Part shown: one piece after another, positions 12,046 to 25,000 of the stretch
How positions within the stretch are numbered: the first letter of the stretch is position 1
Layout: each line of letters opens with the position of its first letter
DNA from: Octopus bimaculoides
Lineage: Eukaryota
Assembly: GCF_001194135.2 (NCBI RefSeq)
Contig: NC_068982.1
Coordinates: 78,332,879-78,382,423 of the forward strand
Reading direction: 5' to 3'
DNA: 49,545 nucleotides
Program-made: the position numbers and the translations under genes
Notes under the pieces: model-generated
Told to the model about the DNA's origin: nothing
Database searches by the model: none
What the model saw: only the letters and a program-made list of their open reading frames with translations

Positions 12046-15000
12046 CTGCAATGGAAAGGAGACTGTGGTTATACAGAGATGTGTTGTTATAGTAGTAGTA
12101 GTAGTAGTGGTAGTGGTAGTTGTGGTGGTGGTAGGAGGAGGAGGAGGAGCAGCAGCCCAACACTTTCACTTTAAAACTAACTGAATTGATTGGAAGTCAG
12201 TTGGATTGACTTACCTACAAACTGAAGCTGGGTTCTTGCTTAGAGAATGAAGTTAGGTCTCTTATGTACAGATTGAAGTAATCAGGGCATCTTACCTACA
12301 GACCTAAGTTGGGTGATTTGCCTACAGATCAAAGTAAGTTGGGTATCTTGCCTACAGACTGAGGTAAATTGGGTCTCTTACCTGTAAACTGAATTAAGTT
12401 GGGCAGCTTACTTATAGAATGAAATATGTTGGGTCTCTGACCTATAGACTGAAGTTGAGTACCTTATCTATAGACTGAAGTAAGTTAGGTGTCTTGTCAA
12501 TGGAACCAACAAGAGTGAGTTACACATACCAACTACTCAAATTAGTTACAAATGTGCAGTTCGACCTGGTCACTTTGTGATACACAAACATTCATAGCAA
12601 CCCCATACTCTGAAATGAGGTAAAATCTATAACAAATAATATTTAAAAAAACAACAAAAACTCACCGCAATATTGCCCTTCATTTTCACGTCTCCACTTC
12701 TCACAGAAAGAAGTGCAATATTTGGATGGTCAGCAGATGACAGCTGCAATGTGCATATAATGTTAGCATTCTTGCCAACAATAACACGCAGTCTGTTTAA
12801 GTGCTGTATCCAATCAGCTGGAAGTCTAAATAAAATAGAAGCCTCAACACATTACAACAATAAACAAGGCATGAGATTAATGTGATTGATCAATCATCAT
12901 CTGTTTAACACCCACTTTCCCAAGCTTGCATGTATCAGATAAGGTTTACTGAGAGATTTTCTACAACTGGATGTCCTTCCTGTCAACAACCCTCACCAAC
13001 CTTTCCAAGTAAAGTAATGTTGGCCAGGCAGGTTTTTCAAAGAGTGGAAATGAAAGACATCACTTGTTTAATGCTGACAAATCAAATCACGAATCTCACA
13101 CAATATCAAGACAAGCATACACAAACATTCATACATGCTGTATATATATATATTTACACTATGATATAAATATATATTTAAATTTTACCACAGCTGTTGT
13201 CTTTGTGTTTCAGAGCAAAAGTAGATAACTCTGCTCATTCCACTTTGCCTGGTTGACTCAAAAGTAGATCACTCTTATTTGAGTGGTTAAGAAGGACATC
13301 CAGAGCAATGATGGAAATGGTGGGTATGCAGGGAATGAGGGGTGGCAGTGGTGATATTTCCCTACTTTTCAGGTTATGGAGGTTGGGAGCTTATAGCATT
13401 TAGCCTCCCCTCTTGTCCAATATCAGCATCATGGGTCTTGCTGTGCCCCTTGTTCCCTGAAACCAAATCCCATCACTGATCCAGGTATGAAAACAAGTTC
13501 ACCAATCCAATAAAATCATCCACTTCACTCATCCAAGCATGGAAAATGGATGTAAAAAGAAAATGGAACAAAAGCAAAAAAAAAAAAAAGAAAAACAGTA
13601 GACATCAGAATAACAGGGAAAGTACAGAGTTAGTTTAAATAATAACACAAGAGTACATAGGTTGTTTAACCTTCTAGAAATAACAGCCAAATTTCCTTCA
13701 AATCACATTATGTTACATAGGTCTGCTTAACCAGAGTTTAAACATCATCATCATCATGTTTATCATCATCCAATAAAACAAGAACCATACCTTCCAATAT
13801 ATCTATTCTTTAACCCTTTAGCATTTAATCCAACCATATCTGGCCTAAATATTCAACTTGCTTTATGTTCAAACTGGCCAGATCTGGCCTCTCACACCTT
13901 TCCTAAAATGTCATTCTAAAAACAAAAAATTACATCAAGCATTACATGTTGTTGTTGGCACTCCGTCGCTTACGACGTCGAGGGTTCCAGTCAATCCGAT
14001 CAATGGAACAGCCTGCTCATGAAATTAACGTGCAAGTGGCTGAGCACTCCACAGACACGTGTACCCTTAATGTAGTTCTCGGGGATATTCAGCGTGACAA
14101 GGCTGACACTTTGAAATACAGGTACAACAGAAAAAGGAAGAAAGAGTGAGAGAAAGTTGAGGTGAAAAAGTACAGCAGGGTTCGCCACCATCCACTGCCG
14201 AAGCCTCGTGGAGCTTTAGGTGTTTTTGCTCAATAAACACTCACAACGCCAGGTCTGGGAATCGAAACCGCGATTCTACGACTGTGAGTCCGCTGCCCTA
14301 ACCACTGGGCCATTGCGCCTCCACAAGCATTACATACGACAGAGTAATCTGAATACTAAAGGGTTCAAGTTGTAGACTGTGTGATTTGAGATCACTTGGC
14401 TATTATTTCTAATATGAAAATAAGTTTACAAAGCCTGAATTGAAGGTAAATGATAAGAGATGGGGAAAGGGAAAAATAACGAAGAAATGAGTCAGAGATT
14501 TAAAAGGAGTTTATGATAAGAGAGAGGCAGAAGGAGGAAGAGAAGAACTAAAGAGAGAGGGAATGTCTTCTTTTAGTCTTTATTCTTTTGTCTTTTGTCA
14601 TCAGACTGCAACCATGCTGGAAAAATCACTCTCATGAAGGATTTAATTAGCCAGATTCATGAGGGATTTAATTAGTCAGATTCATGTCCTCTTTTCTATG
14701 TTTGCATGGATTGGACAGAGTTTATTGATGCTGACTGTCTATGGCTGGATGCCTTTGCTATCACCAACCCTCACCTGTTTCCAAGAAAGGTAATATTTCC
14801 TCATGGCTAGACATGTTTCCAGAGAATATTGAGAATGAATGACAGTGGTGCTCATTTATGACTATAATGCAAAGAGAAGACGAAGAGACATAAACACACA
14901 CCTTCACACACACACACACACACACAACAGGCTTCTCTCACTTTCCATCTACCAAATTCACTCACAAGGCTCCAGTTGTCTCAGAGCTGTGGTAAAAGAC

Positions 15001-18000
15001 AGTGCCACACAATGACACTGAACACAAGACCATGTAGTTGGGAGAAAAACGTCTTAGCTACACAGCCACACCTGCATCAAGTAAAAAAGAAATAGAATAT
15101 CTGACATCTGATGGCTAAACACACAGTAAACTATTTAAAATGTGAAAGTGAACAGACAGTAAATTGCTTATAAAGTGTTTCATATATGTATACACACAGA
15201 CACACACACAAATAAGCACATAAATACAAAACAAGGTGAAAAAATATATTACTGAAATACCAAAGGTAGAGTAATATACATTTTATTAAAGCCAAAAAAA
15301 ATCTTCATAAACTGTTACTTAGTTTCATGTTACCGTTCATCAGACAATTGTGATCATACCAAAATAAAAAATGATATATGATATGATCACATATTACATT
15401 ATAAATACCATCACAATTTTCATTTTAGTATGATCACAACTATCCAACGAATGGTAACGTGAAATCTTGAGTAACAGTTTGTAAAGATTTTTTTCAGCTT
15501 TAATATATATATTTTCTTTCATTCTTTTACTTGTTTCAGTCATTTGACTGCAGCCATGCTGGAGCACCACCTTAAAGAAATCGACCTCAGGACTTATTCT
15601 TTGTAAGCCTAATACTTATTCTATTGGTTTCTTTTACCAAACTGCTAAGTTACAGAGATGTAAACACACCATCAATTGTCAAGCAATGGTGGGGGGACAA
15701 ACACAGACACACACATACACATATATATGTGATGGGCTTCTTTCAGTTTCCCTTTACCAAATCCATTCACAAGGCTTTGGTTAACCTGATGCTATAGTAG
15801 AAGACACTTGCCCAAGGTACCATACAGTGGGACTGAACCCAGAACCATGTGGTTGGAGAAGCTTAGAAAGCAGCCAATGAAATTACAAAAATGAGGTGCA
15901 GGAGAGTGTCTACACAATGTAGAAGAAATGGGAATAAAGATGAGTTTTTAGGGCAATGAAGGGAAATCATGGTTAATAAGCAGTTTTACCTGTTCTGAAT
16001 ATCATTGATCTGTTCCTTCAAACTGGAATAATAGTGCCATCGATCTATGATGTTCTTTACACAAGAGGGTAAATTCTGGATTTTCTGAACATGTTCAATG
16101 CAATCAGTTATATAAACATCAGAATTGTTCACCTGTTGTGGCAAGAAGAAATAAAATTAGACATTTAAAACAAAAATAACTAAATGAATTCATTGAACAG
16201 GTTATAATTTTCCAGTTTGTTAATCTTTAACTTCATCTTTAGTATTGCTAAGGTGGAGCGCGAGGGCATGGGAGTTAGTTCACCCTGGGTAACACTTTTA
16301 TGGTAGGGCAGCAATTTTGGGTCTGCTGTATAAATTTGTATAAGGGTGGGTTAGTAGGAGACTTAAGAGCTTCCCCAGGTGCCATATCAATTATGTCATT
16401 GTTAACTTCATTATTAGATTATAGTTCATATTTACATATATTTAATCCATACTAGCATGGGTTAGATGAATGCATTCATAAAGCTTTGTTTTTCAGCCAG
16501 ATGTTATTCCTGTCACTAAGCTTTACTTATTTTTTAAGTAAAGGATCACTCACTTTCCATGTCTTTGATAGTGCAAATCCAGCTGAAGAGTTGTTGACTG
16601 GAGAAATTATGGCAACATTACTGATTGTAGCTCAGTGATGTTCAGAGAAATAAATAAATAAGGTCATGCACTCAGACATCATCATCATCATCATCCTTTA
16701 ATGTTTGTTTTCCATGCTGGCATGGGTTGGACAGTTTGACCAGAACTGGCAAGCCAGAGAGCTGCACCAGGTTCTAGTCTGATTTGGCTTGCTTTCTACA
16801 GCTGGACACCCTTCCTAATGCCAACCACTTTACAATGCGTGTCTAGGTGCTTTTAATGTGGCACCAGCATGAATGCTTTTACATGGCACTGACACAAGTG
16901 CTTTTTCTGTGACACTAGCAGACCAATCCTCTTCATCAGGAGATGTGGTCTTAACACTTCTGCTGTGGAGGAGTACAGTAAGACACCAGGTGTCTCGGTC
17001 CTTTGTCATCTCATCTGAAAGGTTCACATACATCGAATACATTATAAATTGTCCTATTGTAATATAGCTACCCAATATCTTATCTGAAACCTTTGGGATC
17101 AAGCATGTTTTGGAATCGAGAATTTTTCAGATTTTGGAAATGATAAATACACGATATTCATTCGGTATATTCTTGGTTATAAATCCTGACTCCAAAGAAT
17201 ACGCTTACATCCAGCCTACCACCAACTTTGAAAGTAAAATTCTGATTTGTATATTTCTTGACTGTAGTTTTGAGTCCATAGAAATACTATTACTGAATAT
17301 TGATACACCTGGCCTAGTAGCAGGGCATGTGAATGCTTTTGCCAACTAACCACAATTTTGAGGAAAATAGCTTTCATTCCTGTCTTTCTTTACTTTACTT
17401 GTATCTTTTACTTGTTTCAGTCATTAGACTGCAGCCATGCTGGGGCACTGCCTTGAAGAATTTTTAGTTGAATGAATCAACCTCAATACTTATTTTTTTT
17501 TAAAGCTTGTCACTTATTCTATCGTCCCCTTTGCTGAAGCACTAAGTTACAGAGACATAAACACACCAACACCAGTTGTCAAGTAGTGGTGGGGAACAAG
17601 CACACATACACATAATATGACAGGCTCCTTTCAGTTTCTGACTACCAAGTCCACTCACAAAGCTTTGGTCAGCCGGAGGCTACAGTAGAAGACACTTAGC
17701 CAAGGTGCCACACAGTGGGACTGAACCCGGAACCATGTGGTTGAGAAGCAAGCTTCTTTATTTCATTAAATTGGTCATGGAGACCATGCACAGAGTAAGA
17801 AGCTTGTGGGCTGGACGTAGACAAAATGAGATGAAATGAAAACATAATGATAAAGATGAGAGGGATGTCAGCGCCCACCGACCAACAAGCCCTCGAATAC
17901 AATTTTTCCTTTACAATCAAAAATATCAATACACAATTCAAAAATCAAGTTTCTTACCAGACAGACACACCTGCACCTATATGTCAAGCAACAACTTATA

Positions 18001-21000
18001 AGCCTCTCTTTTAACCTCTTCTGGTGAGTTGTAGTGCACCTGAGCACTATTATACAATAAGTTCATTATTATTACATCAGTGGCTAGCTAAGAATAATGT
18101 AAAAATACAGATTAAACAAGACACCTACATACCAAACACCTAGCAAAGTTCTGTAAACACACCCTAGTGAAAGTAATGCACCTTATTGTTCATTTGAGTT
18201 GTAAGTAAATACTTTAAATGATATTATAGTTTATTTGTATAATGATAAACTGGTAAATGAAGTGAGATAAAGATAGATTATAAAATTACTAGTGTAATGT
18301 CTAAGTTTGTTTGATGGCAAACATGATTTTTGGAGTGCAAATGACTTCCATTAGAATTGGAGTGCAGATGATTTCCATTTGGAATTTTGGATAAGAGATT
18401 GTGTACCTGCATTTTTTAACAACAACAAGAGATTTACCTGAACCTCTGACACCAGCATGGTACCATTCTGTGATTGTTTGAAGAAGAAAGTAACAAGGAG
18501 AGATGTACCACCATCTTGGGGTGCTTTCAGTTCAATTTGAACAGAATTCTTGTCATATTTTTGTAAACTGACACCTGTGAATGATTCATACATCTGATGC
18601 AGCTGTTGACTTCTGTGTAAAGATGGAGCAAGTGGAGAGTATTAAGTCAGAGACAGTAGGATGTAAGGTAAAAATGACAATGGAGACAGTGTGATGTATA
18701 AAGTAAACATGACAAAGGTGAGTGGAAAATATAACAAAAGAAGAAGGTTTTAGGACCAAAATTTTGTTTGCTTCAGAGATAAAATCTAATAGCATTAGCC
18801 TTGAAATATAACTGTTTTTAAATCAAGCACGCCAGAAATGTAGAGGAAAGAGCAAGGTGATTATATCAACCCCAATAGTTGACTGGTACTTTATCAACCT
18901 CAGAAGAGTGACAGGCAAACTAGACCTCAGCAGGATTTGAACTCAGTTCACTGATAACCAGAACTAATATGCAAGGTTGTCTATTTGACAGTCTGTGCCA
19001 ATTTGCCAAAACACTTTTGTTAACATATTCCTGTTGAGGTACATTCTGTTTGTTTCAGTTATGTGAAAATAATGAAGACTTTATGCAAATAACTTTTGAT
19101 GCCAATCTGCCTGAGACTGCCCAAATGTCTTGTTTTAAAGTGATCTAAAATAAAACCTTCCACAAAATTTCACATTAATTTATATCTTAAACCCCAGATT
19201 AATAATGAAATTGTTTTACTAAATTCTTCATTATTTTCAAAATTAATTGAAACAAAAATAGTTTATGTTAACAGAAATATGGTAACAAAAGGGTTAAGCT
19301 GGTGTTTGGCACATGAAATTTTGATAGAAGGTTTTAATTTAGATCACATTAAAAACAGGAACTTTGTAACAGAGAACCAGGGTTGGCCTTAGTCAGGTTT
19401 GTATCAAAAACAATAAAGTTACATCTAGACAAGGATACAATTCTGAAAAATCTTAAAAAGAAAAGGAAAAAAAAAGAAAAAAAATGATAAGTATAAGGCT
19501 CTGAATTAGTAAATTCTGAAAAATATTTTAAAATAAAATATATTTCTACGAAGAATTTTGAAAGATAAAGTTAAAATTTAAACCTACAAATTTAATTGCT
19601 TTTCCAATTTTTGATTCTGCGTTTGATATAGGTTTTCTTTCTGTGATAAAGTTTCTGTAAGTTGTTCACAGGATCCCTTCATATCTTCCAGTTTTATCTG
19701 GAGTTTACTCAAATTTTCCTTGCCATTCTGGCACATCATTTTGGCCGTCTCAATTTTGGAGAGCTGCACAACAACAATAAACAAAAACAGAGATAACAAC
19801 AAAAGCCAAACAATTCTTCATCATCATCATCGTCTTTTAACGTCCGCTTTCCATACTAGCATGGGTTGGACGGTTTGACTGAGGACTGGTGAAACCAGAT
19901 GGCTACACCAGGCTCCAATCTGATTTGGCAGAGTTTATACAGCTGGATGCCCTTCCTAACACCAACCACTCTGAGAGTGTAATGGGTGCTTTTACGTGCC
20001 ACCAGCACGAAGGCCAGTCAGGTGGTACTGGCAACGGCCACGCTCAAAATGGTGTATTTTATGTGCCACCTGCACAGGAGTCAGTTCAGCAGCACTGGCA
20101 ACGATCTCGCTCAAATGTCTTTACACATGCCATCCAGCACAAGTGCCAGGAAGGCGATGCTGGGCACAGGTATCATGACGATTTCGCTTTCCAGATGATA
20201 CTAAATATTTGCTTTAATGAGAATGCCTTGGGAGACTAGGGGTGGCCCACAATAACTCTGCCAGTGCAAGACCCTAGAAAAAAAAAAAAACATGTACACA
20301 CACACACACATACACATGGTTGTAAAACAAGGTGGAAGAAAATAACATTTGACTATCAAAGGGTGGATTAAATAATGTCTTACTGAAATTGAAAATCTTT
20401 ACAAACTGTTACTCAGAGTCTCATACAACTGATCATCAGCCAACTTTAATAGTCACTTCCCTATGTTTGTAGCTGGATGCCAACTAATATTTGTTTCCAC
20501 AAAATATAGGAAATAAACAACACTGCTTCTATAACAGTGACACTCATTTACAACTACCATGCAAAGCCAAGACATGAAGGCACAAACATATATACATATA
20601 TATACATACACACATACATATATGACAAGATCTTTTCAGTTTCAATCAACCAAATCCACTCACAAGGCTTTGGTCAGCCTAGCGCTATAGTAGAATGCAC
20701 TTGCCCAAGGTGCCTGAATACAAAACCATGTGGTTGGGAAGAAAACTTAATCTTCAGAGCCATGCCTATGCCTCACATCTCTTTCATTCATATTTTTTTT
20801 GTTTCAGTCATTTGACTGTGGCCTTGCTGGAGCACAACATCCATTTTCCATGCTGGCATAGGTTTAATGGTTTGACAGGAGCTGGCAAGTCAGAAGACTA
20901 TGCCAAGTTCTACTGTCTGCTTTTGCATGGTTTTTACAGCTGGATGGCCTTCCTAATGCTAATCACTTTACAGAGTGTGTATTGGGTGCTTTTTACATGA

Positions 21001-21963
21001 CACTAGCATCAGTGAGGTCACCAAATGATTTACAAGACAAGACCCCTCAATTGAGGGAGTAGCATTGAGAAAAGTGGCTTTGTGCCAGAGGAGGGTAATA
21101 CGAGTAGAGGGCTAGATATATAACTAATTTTACAAATTTTCCAAATGTATACATACCAAATCTTCATGGAGATAGAAATCACTGGCAGGAAGATGTTGTT
21201 CAAAGATTTCTTGAATTTTGTCAACTTTTTCTCGTTTCAACTTGCTGTATTGCTGAGACTAGGAGAGAAGAAAATATGAAACAACATTATAACTTTGCGG
21301 TAAATATGGTTTCAAATTTTGGCACAAGGCCAGTGATTTCGGGGGGAGGAAGTAAGTTGATTACATCCACCTCAATGTTCAACTGGTACTTTATTGACCC
21401 TGAAAGGATGAAATGCAAAATCGACCTTGGTGGAATTTGAATGACAGATAGCATACAATAAAAGTAACAGTAACAACAATAATCTTTTCTACAATAGGCG
21501 TAAGGCCTGAAATTCTGGGTGGAGGGAGGCTAGGCAATTGCATTGACCTCAGTGTTCAGCTGGTACATATTTCAGCAATCCCCGAATGGATGAAAAGCAA
21601 AGTCGATCTCAAATAGTAACAACAACAAGAATGGTTTTCCAACATACAGATGAGGGCAGAAACGTGGGGTAGATGGGAGGGAGAACAATGAATTAAATTA
21701 ACCTGAGTACTTAGTGCTTATTGTATTGACTTTTCAACGGTGAAAAGATATGTAGACATTTAAGTTCAGAACGTAAAGAGGCATCTAAATAACACGAAGA
21801 ATTTTGTGGTTGTTTCTCATTGCCTATGTCACACGTAGCAATAAAAGTAGTTAAAGCAAAAGAAAAAGCTTGAAAGAATTAAGAAAAATAACTCTGTAAA
21901 GATTTATTCTGAATTACCTCCCCTGAATTCTTCTTTTTAACTTTCGTTCCTAAAGACGCACAC

Positions 21964-22011
<48 letters not shown>

Positions 22012-25000
22012 ATGAGTTTTTTGTTTATCAAAAATATTTTACTTTAACATTAAGAAATAATTTCATTTCAAAAAAGAGAGTACAGTCCTTTGGAAGTTTC
22101 TCTCGAGAAAAGCAGGGAAGAGATATTAATCAAAATATCCAAATATTTGCAGCAAAACGAAGGAAACCTCCAGACACTGGCTGTGTGGTAAGAAGCTTGC
22201 TTCTCAACCACATGGTTCTGGGTTCAGTCACACTGCATGAGACCTTGGGCAAGTGTCTTCTATTATAGCCTCGGGCTGACCAAAACCTTGTGAGTGGATT
22301 TGGTAGACAGAAACTGAAAGAAGCCTGTCGTATATATGTGTGTGTGTGTGTTTGTCCCCCCCCCCCACCATCGCTTGACAACCGATGTTGGTGTGTTTAC
22401 ATCCCCGTAACTTAGTGGTTCGGCAAAAGACACCGATACAATAAGTACTAAGCTTACAAAGAATAAGTCCTTGGATCGATTTGCTCGATTAAAGCCAGTG
22501 CCCTAGCATGGCCACAGTCAAATTACTGAAACAAGTAATAGAGTAAAATCTCAAACGTACATTTACAAAAGGATGTGCTAAGTATTTGGATTGATGAACG
22601 ATGAGAATTTCATTACTTACAATGGATGGATAAGTGTCCTCACTTTGTTGTTACCACAGACAAGGTGAGGACACCTATCTGTTTATTTTAAATAATGTAC
22701 ATAATTCCTCATCTCAAAAATGTAGAATAGTAATGCGAGTTTAATTTTTACAATAAGGAAAGCTCTGGTTTTGTTTCATAGCTGGCAGAATCACTAGTGC
22801 ATTGGACAAAATGCTAGACAACATTTCACCAGCTCTTTATGTTCTGAGTTCAAATCTTACCAAGGTCAACTGTGCCTTTCATTCTTTCAGGGTCAATAAA
22901 ATAAAGTACCAGTCAAGTACTAGGGTTGATGCAGTTGACTAGACTCCACCCCTAAAATTGCTGGCCTCATGCCAAAATTTGAAGCAATTCTTCTTCTTAT
23001 TGTTGTTGTTATTAGTGAACAAGTTAGTCAATTAAACAATCATCAGCAAAATGCCCTCCACCAACAATACATCTCTTTCAATATGATGTGCTTTATAAGA
23101 ATCTTGAAAAAACAACTGAAAAAAAACAACAACTCACTCTCCATATCCAGTAGATTGAATTTGTAGGTCAACAAAGTTCTAGGAAAAAAATCACTGTTAC
23201 CCACCAGGGAAAAAACTGAAATATATTTATAAGAGGACATCTTACCTTAGCTTTCACTGCAGTCACTTTGTCTGCAAGAATTATCATTTTTTCATGAAGG
23301 TTGATAAATCCTGAGAGAAAAAAAATGTATATGTGTGTAAGTGTGTGTGTGTTACTGTTATCATCATTATCATTTTAAGGATCCACTTTTCCATGCTTCT
23401 ATAGGTTATACAGAATTTAGTGAGGCAGATTTTCTATGGGCAGATGCCCTTCCTATTGCCAGCCTCCACCTACTTCCAAGCAATGTAATATTTCCCCATG
23501 GCCAGACATGCTTACACAGAAGATTAGAAATGAATGACACCACTCATATGATAGTGACACCCATTTACAACTGTCATGCAAATGTGAAGGTAAAGAAACA
23601 CATACACACACACACACACACACACAGAGGCTTCTTGGTTAGTCCAAGGCTTTAGTAGAAGAAATTTGCCCAAGGTGTCAAGTAGAAGGACTGAACCAGA
23701 AACAATGTGGTTGGGAAGCAAACAGCTCAAACATGCAATCATTCTTGTGCCTATATATATCATCATCATCATTTAATGTCTATTTTCCATTTTTCTATAT
23801 AGGCTCAGGCGTGGTCAGCCTTGAACAGAAGCCATTATCTGCTGCACAGTGGGACTGAACCTGAGACCACATAATTAAGAAAAGAAGTTTTTTAACCACA
23901 AAGATGCTTTTATATTTTAGAATTCTTGGTTGGTTCATGGTGGAAAGTAGTCCTGACCTTTTCAGAAACCCTCCCTGTCCCACCTTCTGCAAAGTAAGAT
24001 AGCAACAACATTAATTAGAGTGTTAGATGAAAGGTTTGGCAGTATTTGTTTTAGATCTCTGTAGTCTGAATTCAAATCCTACCATGGGCAACTTTACCTT
24101 TTATCATTTCAGGGACCAATAAATAAAATAAAATAAAGCACTGGTCCAGGCCATAAATTAGCAGACCCAAAGTGTCAAACAAAAAAGCTTTCTTGTGTAT
24201 GTTCAAGGATTAGATGATTAAATTGACCCCAGTATAAAACTAGTACTGTATTTTATCAACTCTGAAACAACGAAAGGCAAAACTGATCTTGGGAGGATTT
24301 CAACTCAAAACATAATGACCAAGAAGAAATACCACAAGGCATTTTTTATTTCCTATATTGTAAAGATTCTTAGAAATAAAAAAAAAAGTTCAATATTGTA
24401 ATGATTCTTAAAGTGGTGAGCTGGTAGAATCATTAGCATGCCAGGCAAAATGCTCAGCGGCATTTCATCCATCTTAACATTCTGAGTTCAAACTCTACTG
24501 AGGTTGATTTTACCATTCATCCTTTCAGGGTTGATAAACTAAGTATCAGTTGAGCACTGGGGTTGTTGTAATCGACTTACCCCCTGCCCCGAAAATACTG
24601 GCCTTGTGCCAAAATTTGAAACCTATGTTGTAACGATTCTGCCAGCCCACCGCCCTAGTAGTAGTAGCAGTAGCAGTAGTGATAGTAGCAGTAGTAGATG
24701 AAGAGAGCGACTGAGAAAGTGAAAGATGAGAAAGAGAGAGAGAGAGAGTAAAAGAGAGAGAAAGTAAGATGAAAAAGAATGAAGAAATGGTTGGCCAACA
24801 AACATTAAAGGACATTAATTAAAGGTGTGAAGTGAAAGAGTTGCCAATCAGGTAAAAATGTATGATCAATGAATAAATACAAAAATGAATTGGTAATAAT
24901 ATTTACTTTGGCTTAGTTCAGGAATAAGGTTATTGATTTTCTCTGCCAAATTTTCGCTCAATTCTTTCAGCTCTTTGAGTTTGGTTCCATCTGAAATTGA

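Noticed and set aside
12200-12500. Regular ~30-nt periodicity suggesting a CRISPR-like array
   Set aside because: There are no unique spacers; the units are directly adjacent and degenerate, in a eukaryotic intron.
14230-14324. tRNA-like sequence with A and B boxes (also at 32590-32679)
   Set aside because: It is the head of a SINE with body, tail and TSD, not a tRNA gene.
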